A stretch of DNA of 63,606 nt, filler included, from Octopus bimaculoides (taxonomy: Eukaryota): assembly GCF_001194135.2 (NCBI RefSeq). It is 5 parts of 5 records of this genome, joined end to end, with 100 filler letters (N's around TTAATTAATTAA, not from the genome) between each part and the next. Parts side by side here need not be neighbours in the genome. Positions count along the whole stretch, not along the records: positions 24,854 to 55,905 come from NC_068999.1; positions 56,006 to 59,845 come from NC_068985.1; positions 59,946 to 62,153 come from NW_026314502.1; positions 62,254 to 63,606 come from NW_026432058.1; 1 more part is not named here. One strand, 5' to 3'. A model generated the notes under the pieces. The model was not told the DNA's origin. It was given only the letters and a program-made list of their open reading frames with translations, and did no database searches. Below are positions 52,726 to 63,606 of this stretch, piece after piece. Positions within the stretch are counted from its first letter, which is position 1. The number at the start of each line of letters is the position of its first letter. The position numbers and the translations under genes were made by a program.

Positions 52726-52787
52726 TACCAAATATTGAAGATATGAAAATAACTGAGTATGAAACACTCAAATAGAAGACATATCAC
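52726..52787 (+). CDS. Candidate stop-containing exon xPNIEDMKITEYETLK* followed by a 3'-UTR intron donor
   Basis: Acceptor TGTGTTTCAG. In phase 1 the frame runs to TAG 52773-52775; the other frames stop earlier. Donor C|GTAAGT at 52788. Confidence 0.4.
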
Positions 52788-54699
52788 GTAAGTAACACGC
52801 ATTGGATCATGAGTGAGATTGCTCTTCAAACGTTTCATTCGTGATAATTAGGAATGCTATGATATTATGGATTTTATGTGAACATTCGCTTATGGTTATA
52901 TAGTCAATAAGCTCTCATACTACTTTAGGCAATGAGAATTTATCAATAAAAGATCTACAAAATATAAATGGAATGTGGTCATACATATTAAGCTCTGCTC
53001 TAAACAAATGTTTGGGTAAACAAAATCTAACTTAAAGAATTATATTATGTGTAGTTCTGCATTTGACAGATAGGTGTTTTTCATTCCAAGCGAAACCAAT
53101 CAATCAAGTCTTATTGATCAGTCTGATGATTAGAATTACAGATTTATTTGGCAGTATGAATGTGTAAATCGCGATAGGGGTTTATATTACTAATGTAATA
53201 TCGAATATATCTAAAAGATTTAGATACCACAAAATGAAGAAAGAATAGTAAATAAATCTATAAAGCAGATTTGATAAAATCTTGTCATGAAGATTTATAT
53301 CCTTTCCAACTTAACCAGACATAACATTATTAAAACTTTAATCGTAAGTTTGCTAAAGGAAATGAAGTCTAGTTGAAAAGCAAGACAGTTTATCGTTTCA
53401 CTACTTAGCTATACTATCTATGATGTTTATATTCATAAAATATCTAAAATTTAGAAGTTCTGTATGTCATAAAATATTGCGAATACGCATTTCTAACATT
53501 ACATTAGTTTCGTCTACATAGCTTCTTAATATTGCCGCATGCACGTTTTTGTTTACATCTAATAATAAAGCGAGGAATAAAAGCTGTCCAATGACGATTT
53601 AGTGCTCGACATAACACTGCTGAGCATTCTGACAATATCGCGTTCGCTAACCTAAATTTGATCTGCACTTAAGTAAATCAGATCGCCAAGTGTGTCTTAA
53701 AATATCGTAAAATTTGTGTTGGGTCGATTTAAATGGAATTATAAAAAGTTACTCGTGCAGCCGGGTTATTTATTTATTTTTTAATAACATTAACACTCTG
53801 CATATAAAATTATTAACATTAGCATATAATATGTCCAGTATGTATCAAATATTTAAAAAGTAGGATCTGTAGCTGATGGCCTGTTCTCTACTCCTCTTTC
53901 AAAGTCTTAACATTATTATTTCTCTCCTGAACAGCTTCATGTGCCTTTCTTTATCTAAAGAATTTCGGATCTGTAACTTTAGAAGATTAAAAATGTGTTT
54001 GCAGTATTTTAACAGAAGAGCTGGAAGGTTATTTTGTTTTCATGACCTATTTCCATTGGAAATCTTATCCATTCGACTATTTCTTGTCTAATATCTGTAT
54101 ATGTTTACGAAGACATAAGTGTATGCATGTAGGTAGGTTGAATTCTATGAGAATACATCTGTAAATGTATTATTGTTTTATGGCGTATGTGCATAAATGA
54201 CAATGCGTATATATTGTTAGTTACTCGAAAGAGATATTTACCTACACATATCATTTAAAATATTGAGAATATCGTATGGAACTATACTGAAGGAATTTTT
54301 TTTTTCTTTTGCTGTATTTCACCATATGAGATATATATATTTTTCTATGAATATTAGAATCGATTGTACTTTGTCTCCCATTGCCACCATCCTTCTACTA
54401 ACATCCAGCTCCATCCTTTTTATTGATCACCTCATCATTTGTGTTCAGTAATTTGTACCACACTTCACTAATTTTTATCACTCATATCTTCATTCACTAG
54501 ATTTCTTACTTATTCATACATTCTCAACATTCTCCTACACTTTTCACCTACACAATTGTAATTGATACATTCAATTCAACTTTTTCACATTTACAGCTCC
54601 AATTGAAACACCAATTTTGATTAATCAAATGAACCAGTCTAGAAACGTTAGATTCCGCATTCTTCAAGTCATTTAAAATTATATAACGTATATAACTCT

Positions 54700-54948
54700 A
54701 CTTGTGGAGACGCGTGGCCTAGTGGTTAGGGTGTCAGCAACATGATCGTAAGATTGAGGTGTCGATTCCTGGACCAGGCGACGCGTTGTGTTCGTCATTT
54801 CACGTTGCTCCAGTCCACTCAGCGGGCAAAAATGAGTAACGCTGCGATGGACTGGCGTCCCATCGAGCGGGGAACACATACGCCATTGAAACAGGGAAAC
54901 CGAGCCCATGAGCCTGGCTAGGCTTTAAAAGGGCGCATTTATTTATTT
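54700..54948 (+). mobile_element. tRNA-derived SINE, family C (V-domain-like core), with 11-bp TSD
   Basis: Box A TGGCCTAGTGG, box-B variant GTGTCGATTCC, core CTGCGATGGACTGGCGTCCCATC, (TTTA)n tail. TSD TATATAACTCT at 54689-54699 and 54949-54959. Confidence 0.88.
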
Positions 54949-55317
54949 TATATAACTCTTCTAGCCTGTCAGTCTTGGATCAATTGTTGCCAACGCAGAC
55001 AATCACAAGTTTCCTGGGTTATTTTTATATCTGTAATCTAAAAGTATATGTGCTGTGTCATTGCAAGGAGGGATTTATTATTATTCGGAGGGTTGATTTT
55101 TGTTTGTTTTTGGTTGTTTTATTTGGGGTGAGGGGCTGCCTAGAAAAGAAATATTTGTTTTCGCATTCTAGCAGATGATAAATCCAGGACACATCAATTA
55201 CAATCCGATTGGGAGATTGTGACGAGAGCAAAGTTCTTAGCGAAGTGTGTTAAAATATTTTAAAATTGATAATATATACATATACATATATGTGTAGGTA
55301 TGCATACATAAGCTCGA

Positions 55318-55383
<66 letters not shown>

Positions 55384-55856
55384 ATGTATGGGTGCGTGTG
55401 TGTGTGCGTGTGTGTGAATAGGAGGTGGCTGTCAGTAAAGAATAATACATAATATACTAACACACGTAAAAAGTAAAACAAAACACGCGGGTGAAAAAAA
55501 TCTCGTGGTTTCAAGAATCAACACAGAACAACGTGCGGCAGAGATACGGGTGAAGTGAAACACAACACAGCGTGTGGTTGTCATAGTAACAAGCTGCTAA
55601 TGACACGCTGTCTGTTGATTGGCTAAAATTACACAAATTTCCCAATTTTTCTTCCAAATAACATCAGATTCTTTAATTTACGAGATAAAGTAATTGGTTG
55701 ATCGTAATGCAAATTCAGGGTTACACGAAAATTGAAAACAATCTAAGCAAAATTAAAGGGGGCTCATTTCGCAATGAAACTAAGTAAATCCTACTTATCT
55801 AAGCCGACCAAACCATGTGTGTGGATTAGGTAGACGGAAACTGAAAGAATCCCGTC

Positions 55857-55905
<49 letters not shown>

Positions 55906-56005
55906 NNNNNNNNNNNNNNNNNNNNNNNNNNNNNNNNNNNNNNNNNNNNTTAATTAATTAANNNNNNNNNNNNNNNNNNNNNNNNNNNNNNNNNNNNNNN
56001 NNNNN
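55906..56005. other. Artificial scaffold-join spacer
   Basis: 44N + TTAATTAATTAA (55950-55961) + 44N. Confidence 0.95.
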
Positions 56006-56031
56006 TGTGTGTGTGTGTTTGTGTGTGTGTG

Positions 56032-56078
<47 letters not shown>

Positions 56079-58629
56079 ACAATGAGGCACGATGAGGAGT
56101 TTTTACTACATGTGTGTACGTATGTATATATTTATGCATTTATATATAAAAGCATATTTTCACTACCTTATAAAAAATATATCAGTTAAGCAAATGAACT
56201 ACTCTAAATGCATTAAAAATACTATAACATATTTAGAACACTATTTTGGAAAAGTATCACCGTTCCCTTTCAGCAAGGGACAAATCTGTGTGGGGCAAAA
56301 TAAGCACCCTAAGTAAATTTACTTCTTCAGTTCTCCAGAATTACATTAACGTATCTAGACCATAAAATGAGGATCATGGATAAATGGCACATGAAATGAA
56401 ATTAACGAAACTCCACATAAAATATACTCAAATGCTTCTTCACGATCTACTGCGGTGGCTGTCTTCCTAATACATTTGTACACAATGCGTCAAAGAGAAG
56501 AAATTATGGAAATGAATCAGTACTCATTTAAACCCATTTTCGACATCAATTTTTGAAAATTGAAAAGTATTGAATTAGTCATTTGTGTGGTTAAAAATTG
56601 ACTTGGAATCCAACAACAGAGAAAAGGATACTGAGTGTTAAGCACCAACAATTATCAGGATTTTCTATCGGCAACGTCAGTTAGAATGGAGTCAAATTCG
56701 AGGAAAAATTTTTAGAAAAAGAAGTACCTACAACACGACTATGCTTGAAACTCATTCAACTTCAACTACAACAAACAATAAGCACTATGCTGTCCAATTT
56801 TTACACCTAAAGATGATACAAAGTTACAAAGTCATTGGTTAAATATTGCAATGTAACGATGTCAAATAAGTAGGGGGAAAGTAACGAGAAATTAGAAGTT
56901 ATTCATTTTATCCCGATTACTCATACATACATAATACACACATACATACATNNNNNNNNNNNNNNNNNNNNNNNNNNNNNNNNNNNNNNNNNNNNNNNNN
57001 NNNNNNNNNNNNNNNNNNNNNNNNNNNNNNNNNNNNNNNNNNNNNNNNNNNNNNNNNNNNNNNNNNNNNNNNNNNNNNNNNNNNNNNNNNNNNNNNNNNN
57101 NNNNNNNNNNNNNNNNNNNNNNNNNNNNNNNNNNNNNNNNNNNNNNNNNNNNNNNNNNNNNNNNNNNNNNNNNNNNNNNNNNNNNNNNNNNNNNNNNNNN
57201 NNNNNNNNNNNNNNNNNNNNNNNNNNNNNNNNNNNNNNNNNNNNNNNNNNNNNNNNNNNNNNNNNNNNNNNNNNNNNNNNNNNNNNNNNNNNNNNNNNNN
57301 NNNNNNNNNNNNNNNNNNNNNNNNNNNNNNNNNNNNNNNNNNNNNNNNNNNNNNNNNNNNNNNNNNNNNNNNNNNNNNNNNNNNNNNNNNNNNNNNNNNN
57401 NNNNNNNNNNNNNNNNNNNNNNNNNNNNNNNNNNNNNNNNNNNNNNNNNNNNNNNNNNNNNNNNNNNNNNNNNNNNNNNNNNNNNNNNNNNNNNNNNNNN
57501 NNNNNNNNNNNNNNNNNNNNNNNNNNNNNNNNNNNNNNNNNNNNNNNNNNNNNNNNNNNNNNNNNNNNNNNNNNNNNNNNNNNNNNNNNNNNNNNNNNNN
57601 NNNNNNNNNNNNNNNNNNNNNNNNNNNNNNNNNNNNNNNNNNNNNNNNNNNNNNNNNNNNNNNNNNNNNNNNNNNNNNNNNNNNNNNNNNNNNNNNNNNN
57701 NNGAGAGAGAGAGAGAGAGAGAGTGAGAGAGAGAGAAATTCTATTTTATTCTAATTTAATATATTTCAACAATCCCTTAGTTTTTAATTTCATTAATTTT
57801 TTTTTTTTTAGAAAGAAAAATTACAAGACTGAAGCAATTTTCATAAAAGCAGAATAATTTCGCATTTTCGTTAAAAGTTTGTTTTCTTTTACATTCCTTT
57901 GAAAATATCAAAATTAAAATACGAATGCCGAGAGCTACATCCATGATATGATCTGCAGCCCAAATTTTAAGCTGCTGTAACAATTAATATTCATTTCTTT
58001 AGAAAAATATATATTAGTTAGAAATTCACTCTTTATTTTGCTCCAAGCATTGTTCGACACGGTGTAAATAAATTGCTATAATTCCCATTTCAAATATTAA
58101 TTTCAGAAGCGGAACAACTTTACCTGAATACATGTCGTCATTAGTAAGGTGTTTACATTTACAAGCTGTTCATAAGTTCAGATACTTTCTATGTATTTAA
58201 TGCTGTGCTAGATATACTAAACTAAATACAGCGAGCTCTCCATATGCATGCAAATAGTAGAATGCTTATGTTGATATATAGTTCATCTAAAGATGGCATA
58301 TGTAATGAAGTGAACAACAACAATGAAATTATTAATATTTATGTTGTGAAGGAAGAGTACATTTGCTCATGGATAGAATAATAGAATTTTAATAATTTTG
58401 CTGAGTTCTAGGGAAAATACCATATGTTTAGATTTATTAGATCACTTCATCGGAGAATGAACTTCACTGTATTCAAAGAATAAACAATGAAGAAAAACAA
58501 AGTACATGGTTACTGCTAAGTACATAGTGAACAGTACCATATACATATATATATATATAGAGAGAGAGAGAGGGGGGAGGGGGAGAGAGAGTAAGATAAG
58601 CGCTTCCTTATTTTGTGGACATCATTTCA

Positions 58630-58997
58630 TATGGTTGTGTGGTAAGAATCTTGCTTCTCAACCACAAGGTTCCAGGTTCAGTCCCATTGTGCGGCACCTA
58701 GGTCAGGTATCTTCTCCTTTAGCCTCGGCTGACAAAAGTCTTGAAAGTGGATTAGGTAAATCAAAACTGAAGGAAGCCTGACATATATGTGTATGTGTGT
58801 GAGTGTGTCCCGACACCAGCGCTTCACAACTTGTTCTGGCGTATCTATGTCCTTGTAAATTAGCGGTTCAGCAAAAGGCAACCGATAGAATATGTTCTAG
58901 GTTTTAAATAAATAAGTACTGGTGTCGAAACTTCAGCTAAAAGTTCTTCTAAGCAATGACCCAGCATGGCCGCAGTCTAATGACTGAAACAAGTAAG

Positions 58998-58998
<1 letters not shown>
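58630..58998 (+). mobile_element. SINE family B, full length, diverged
   Basis: TGGTTGTGTGGTAAGAATCTTGC...GGTTCAGTCCCATTG...central TG tract...CCAGCATGGCCGCAGTCTAATGACTGAAACAAGTAA. Confidence 0.85.
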
Positions 58999-59036
<38 letters not shown>

Positions 59037-59038
<2 letters not shown>

Positions 59039-59485
59039 TTAATAAATTTAGAGAAGAACCACCAAGATGCAATTCAAACAATGGAGATCAGACACCATTA
59101 AGAAAAGCGTACTCTTCAAAATACTGATTTAAAAAAATAAAAAATCGAAAAGTAAATTTATAATGCATAAGATCTATAGAATATTGGATTAAAAATTTAA
59201 TTCAGTTTAGTAAATTTATAAAAATGAAGGCGAATAATAGACTACGCGCGTTTCGTGGCCACATAATAGTGGAAAAGATCTGTGCAATATACAATAAATC
59301 GATCAAGATAAGTTCCACTCAGAATGAGGACACTCTTCAGATCTTGTAAATTCAAAAAACGTATCCTAATATTTAAAAATGCAAATAAAATGAAATAGGA
59401 AAAAGCAGAAATATCTAACGTTCAGATATTTCTACTTTTTCCTATTTTATTATATTTTGGTGATTCTTCTCTAAATTTATTAATA
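59037..59485. mobile_element. About 450-bp unit with 32-bp terminal inverted repeats and an internal 24-bp hairpin (PLE pLTR-like foldback)
   Basis: 59037-59068 versus the reverse complement of 59454-59485 is 30/32 identical. Hairpin arms at 59393-59416 and 59424-59447 have one mismatch. Confidence 0.75.
59239..59344 (-). ncRNA. Type I hammerhead ribozyme-like motif with an enlarged stem II
   Basis: Reverse strand: AGAU-CUGAAGA-GUGUCC-(about 67 nt)-GGCCAC-GAAAC-GCGC-GUA-GUCU. The core nucleotides are intact. Confidence 0.6.
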
Positions 59486-59609
59486 TATTTTTTATTATAA
59501 AATTCAATTTGATATTACTGAATTGAATATCCTTGTGACTTCGGATTTTGACATTTCCTCATATGATAATATAATATGTATATGTGTGTGTGTGTGTGTA
59601 TGTGTGTGT

Positions 59610-59800
59610 ATAGGCTTACAGGGGAGGGGTGAGTTGATTACATCGGTCCAAGTACTCAACTGGTAGTTATTTTGTTTTAGCTAAAATAACGAAACGCAAA
59701 CTCAATCTCAGCGGAATTCGAACTCAGAATGTAAAAATCGGGCGAAATGGTGCAAAGTAATTTGTTCGGAATGCTGACGATTCTACCAGCTCGCTTTATA
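59610..59800 (-). mobile_element. SINE family A
   Basis: GTACTCAACTGGTAG...GCGGAATTCGAACTCAGAATGTAAA...TTCTACCAGCTCGC. Confidence 0.8.
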
Positions 59801-59845
59801 CACACATACAGACATACATACATACATGTTTATATATATATATAT

Positions 59846-59945
59846 NNNNNNNNNNNNNNNNNNNNNNNNNNNNNNNNNNNNNNNNNNNNTTAATTAATTA
59901 ANNNNNNNNNNNNNNNNNNNNNNNNNNNNNNNNNNNNNNNNNNNN
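59846..59945. other. Artificial scaffold-join spacer
   Basis: 44N + TTAATTAATTAA (59890-59901) + 44N. Confidence 0.95.
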
Positions 59946-60185
59946 TTTTTTTTTTCGTAAACCTGGTACGTTTTGTATCGGGCTGTTTTGCCAAACCGCT
60001 AAGTTACGGAGACGTAAACAACCAGTACCGGTTGCCAAGACGTGTTGGGACACACGGACAAACACACACATAGATACATAGATAGATAGATAGATAGACA
60101 CAACGGGCTTCTTTCAGTTTCCGTCTACCAAATCCACTAACAAGGGACTTTGGTCGGCCTAACGCTACAAGAGAAGACACCTTGG
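59946..60185 (-). mobile_element. SINE family B, central part
   Basis: TTTTGCCAAACCGCTAAGTTACGGAGACG...ACGGGCTTCTTTCAGTTTCCGTCTACCAAATCCAC. Confidence 0.85.
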
Positions 60186-60824
60186 TTCATACAGATGAGT
60201 TCATATATTTTGTAGGCGGTTGATGATTGCGTAGATTCTCCCTTCGTTGGTTCGAACCCTGTTAAAGTTAATAGCGATGCGCCGAGAATGCAAAAAAGGC
60301 CACCTGACGGATTGCTGGTTCTTCAGATGTCATCCGCAACCAACACATCACAGGAGATTGAGCAGACAATTCAGAAACATAGGAGCTTGGTCACATTAAG
60401 TGACGATTCCAGAAAGTTCTTCCGACGACATGCGATTAGCAAAAACAGAAAGAAAAAAAAAGGATTCGACTTTTATCGCACAAGTGGACTAAGGAGTTTA
60501 AAAAATTGTTGAAAAGGCATCAATTCTGAAAACTACACGTAGGGAGCGGTCACTCCCTTTGCTCCCCTATTAGCTACGCCATTGGTTTCTATGCGAAAGC
60601 AGAAATCGTAGATAAACGACAAGTATTTTCCGACTGCTTGAATCGAGGATCAATTTGACCAGTTTTGTTTCTTATTAAGGATTCATCAGAGATTGTCCAT
60701 CTCGGCGAAATGTAGAATCTCGTGGCTGTTTATGGGTAGTATAAATAAACTGGTGCTACTTTAGCGTGCGGTCTACCTGGCCATTTATACATTATTATTC
60801 TTCGTATAATTTTAATCTTTCTCT

Positions 60825-61352
60825 TTTATTTTATTCTTTTACTTGTTTCAGTCATTTGACTGCGGCCATGCTGGAGCACCGCCTTTAGTCGAGCAAATCG
60901 ACTCCAGGACTTATTTTTTATAAGCCCAGTACTTATTCTATCAGTCTCTTTTGCCGAACCGCTAAATTACAGGGACGTAAACACACCAGCATCGGTTGTC
61001 AAGCGATGTTGGGGTGACAGACACAGACACACAAACATACACACACACACACACANNNNNNNNNNNNNNNNNNNNNNNNNNNNNNNNNNNNNNNNNNNNN
61101 NNNNNNNNNNNNNNNNNNNNNNNNNNNNNNNNNNNNNNNNNNNNNNNNNNNNNNNNNNNNNNNNNNNNNNNATATATATATATATATATATATATATACG
61201 ACGGGCTTCTTTCAGTTTCCGTCTACCAAATCCACTCACAAGGCTTTGGTTGACCCGAGGCTATAGCAGAAGACACTTGCTCAAGGTGCAACGCAGTGGA
61301 ACTGAACCCGAAACCATGTGGCTGGTAAGTAGCTTGCTTACCACACAACCAC
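60825..61352 (-). mobile_element. SINE family B, full length, well preserved (gap in the central microsatellite)
   Basis: Both halves are close to the other family B copies. Head reads GTGGTTGTGTGGTAAGCAAGCTACTTACCAGCCACATGGTTTCGGGTTCAG. Confidence 0.93.
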
Positions 61353-61354
61353 TA

Positions 61355-61640
61355 GTACAATGTAATACTTTTTAAGAATTTTTAAATGGATTAAGAAATA
61401 TCAAACAGATCCTGCTTTAGAATTGTATTAACTTGTACCTGAATCCGTTTAATAAAATCATGTCAATTGTTTTTCTTCATTTAATTTTTATCCTATAAAT
61501 ATTATACTGTATATATGGTACAATATGATATATTTTAAGAATTTTAAACGGATTGATAAACAATAAAACAGACCTTGCTTTAGAATTGTATTAATTTGAA
61601 TTTGTTAAATATAATTTAATTCTTTACTTTTTATCGCTAA
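61355..61640. repeat. Two diverged copies of a unit of about 163 bp
   Basis: GTACAAT...TTTTAAGAATTTT...AAACAGA..CTGCTTTAGAATTGTATTAA starts at 61355 and again at 61518. Confidence 0.75.
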
Positions 61641-61684
61641 TTGTAAGTATATAGACAACCCAACCGCTAAAAACAAAAGACAAA

Positions 61685-62090
61685 AAAACCGGGGCCACTT
61701 CCGGTCCTCTAGCTCGCTGGATCATTGTATAATTGTGTATGTGTTTATATTCTGTAATACGACACTTTAGATACCCCACAGCTTGCATCATAATTAGTCT
61801 TAACGAGATTGCTTATGAATTACAGAGAGCTGCAAAATATATTTATTTATACAGTAAAACAGTGAACGTCTGATGCACGGTATGAAGCGGAGGTAGGTCT
61901 GTTCCGTCGTCCGGTCTAACATCACCATCTGGCCGTTGGGTGCCGCTAGCGGACTTGTCCATTCTGTTGCAAATACTCGGACGAGATTTCCGGTTTTAAA
62001 ATAACTTCCTCCTTTTGTCAATGCCGGTTTCGAATTTCCTATAAAGGTCACGAGTGCCACCCTTCCTAGCGACGACAAAGCGATAAAAAA
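61685..62090. promoter_or_regulatory. CpG-rich island with an ETS-type motif; candidate promoter or first exon
   Basis: CACTTCCGG at 61696-61704, dense CpG at 61860-62090, ATG 61873 in frame to donor AG|GTAGGT at 61893. Confidence 0.3.
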
Positions 62091-62153
62091 AAAATATGCA
62101 TAAAAGAGACATACGTGCTTTTACCTCATACAAAACATATATGTATATATATA

Positions 62154-62253
62154 NNNNNNNNNNNNNNNNNNNNNNNNNNNNNNNNNNNNNNNNNNNNTTA
62201 ATTAATTAANNNNNNNNNNNNNNNNNNNNNNNNNNNNNNNNNNNNNNNNNNNN
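62154..62253. other. Artificial scaffold-join spacer
   Basis: 44N + TTAATTAATTAA (62198-62209) + 44N. Confidence 0.95.
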
Positions 62254-62445
62254 ATATATATATATATATATATACATACATATATAAATACATACATACT
62301 AATACATATAGACTAAAACACACACTCACACATACATACATATATATAAACATACATATACACACATACACCCATATATATATACACACACTTAAACACT
62401 CACACACAAATATATATATATATGAATATATATAAAATAACACAA

Positions 62446-63606
62446 TTAGCTAAAATTATTATATAAATAAAATAATTTATGTCTACATTTTATTTTTCAT
62501 TCATCAAAAGAATTAATTAAAGTACTATAATTATGAAATAATATCTCTTTAAATTCATTATTACATAAATTACAAAAATTATTACCTATACGATAGGATT
62601 TCGCCTTACAAACTATCTCCCATTTTAAAATGTAGTTAATATTTTTAGATTTAAGTTCCCAAATATATTTACTAAGGCCAGTAGAATTAATCAAATTTCT
62701 ATTCTTAAATGAGTGCATATGTTGAGCCACTCGTAATTTGATTTTATTAGAAGTCGATCCTATATAAATCTTATTTAAATTATAACCATTATGTTTATTC
62801 CCATTCATTAAAGTCACTATGCATTTATATACGGCATCTTTCAAATTGCATTTATTATTAAATTTACATTTAGTCTTATCTCTACATGTACAATTAATTA
62901 TATCCTGGTTCACATTATTATTATTATTAGAATAAGTATTAAATTCAAATTTATAATACTTATTTAACTTAAATCTATTAAAAGAAGAGATAATGTTTGC
63001 AACATTATTAGTAGTAGAATAACTTACATCAAAATTATTAGTAGAAAATATATTATAATATTTTTTATTATCTCTAAGAAATATATCAATAACTTTTAAA
63101 ATTTCTTTAATAATGTTAGTTTTAACTAGAACGCCATCTGAAATGATTAGCTAGAGTTTGTTCTTATTATAGATATTATTGTATTCATTATTTTTATTAT
63201 TAAATTTTTTATTATCATTAAAAAAATTAAAATTAAATCTATTATTGTTTTCATTACAATTATGTTTATACTTATGTAATTTATAATCATTATACCTATT
63301 ATTCTTATTATAATTACCTAAGAAGACATTATCATGAGTATAAAGGTTATGTTTATCAAAAAGATCATTACTATTATAATCATTACTAATAAAATTATAA
63401 TTATACTACGGATTATTAAAAAATTTAATATCATTAGTATATCCCACCTCGTGAAGGGCTTTATTGTAATAAGGTGCATGTTTTTCGAAGATCTCTATAT
63501 TAGATGAAAGTAAAGATATTCTCTTACCTATAGTAAATGTTAATGATTTTTAATGCAGGGTGGGTGATTACTTTTCGCATGAATGTATTTAATATTTTCA
63601 TTAATC
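62446..63606 (-). mobile_element. Penelope-like element pol, 3' part (RT thumb, Asn-rich linker, GIY-YIG endonuclease); runs off the window; disrupted
   Basis: KYIHAKSNHPP, KRISLLSSNIEIF...YNKALHEVGY, VKTNII, VSYS, CTCRDKTKC..C, VYKC...YIGST..KLRVAQH, STGLSKYIW, CNLC, terminal KCRH. Stops at 63406, 63151 and 62497, plus two frameshifts. Confidence 0.9.

Noticed and set aside
54700-54780. tRNA gene
   Set aside because: Box A and B are present, but the sequence continues into a SINE body with tail and TSD and has no clean cloverleaf.
60180-60590. hAT-like end (reverse strand CAATGGCGTAGCTA) with ORF 60288-60512
   Set aside because: Only one terminal motif and no recognisable transposase, so support is too weak to call.
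62497-62499. In-frame TGA 16 codons before the natural end of the PLE endonuclease, possibly selenocysteine as reported for Naiad PLEs
   Set aside because: It aligns to a hydrophobic position (E-L-x-x-K-C-R-H), so TTA to TGA explains it. The copy also has two other stops and frameshifts.

Overview
Eukaryotic, AT-rich, microsatellite-dense DNA with many N gaps. Its SINE families and transposon mix point to a cephalopod, most likely Octopus (inference from recognised repeats, not from a search). Most of the supplied six-frame ORFs are microsatellite, gap or antisense artefacts. No complete host gene can be called. Most identifiable sequence is decayed mobile elements: three tRNA-derived SINE families, three DD37D and three mariner (two with DD34D) transposon remnants, a hAT fragment, and LINE remnants (Tx1/L1, RTE, R4/Dong-type). 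There are also Penelope-like elements (PLEs) of two architectures, with hammerhead-ribozyme-like motifs. Four artificial 44N-TTAATTAATTAA-44N spacers mark assembly joins. The most notable observations are: (1) an RTE LINE with an inverted 5' segment and a 9-bp TSD matching twin-priming geometry (44092-45475); (2) a hammerhead-like motif inside a foldback unit (59037-59485); (3) a 1.5-kb CpG-free block (13513-15027); (4) candidate plus-strand exons that could encode a membrane protein ending in YETLK*; (5) an Asn-rich linker in a PLE polyprotein.
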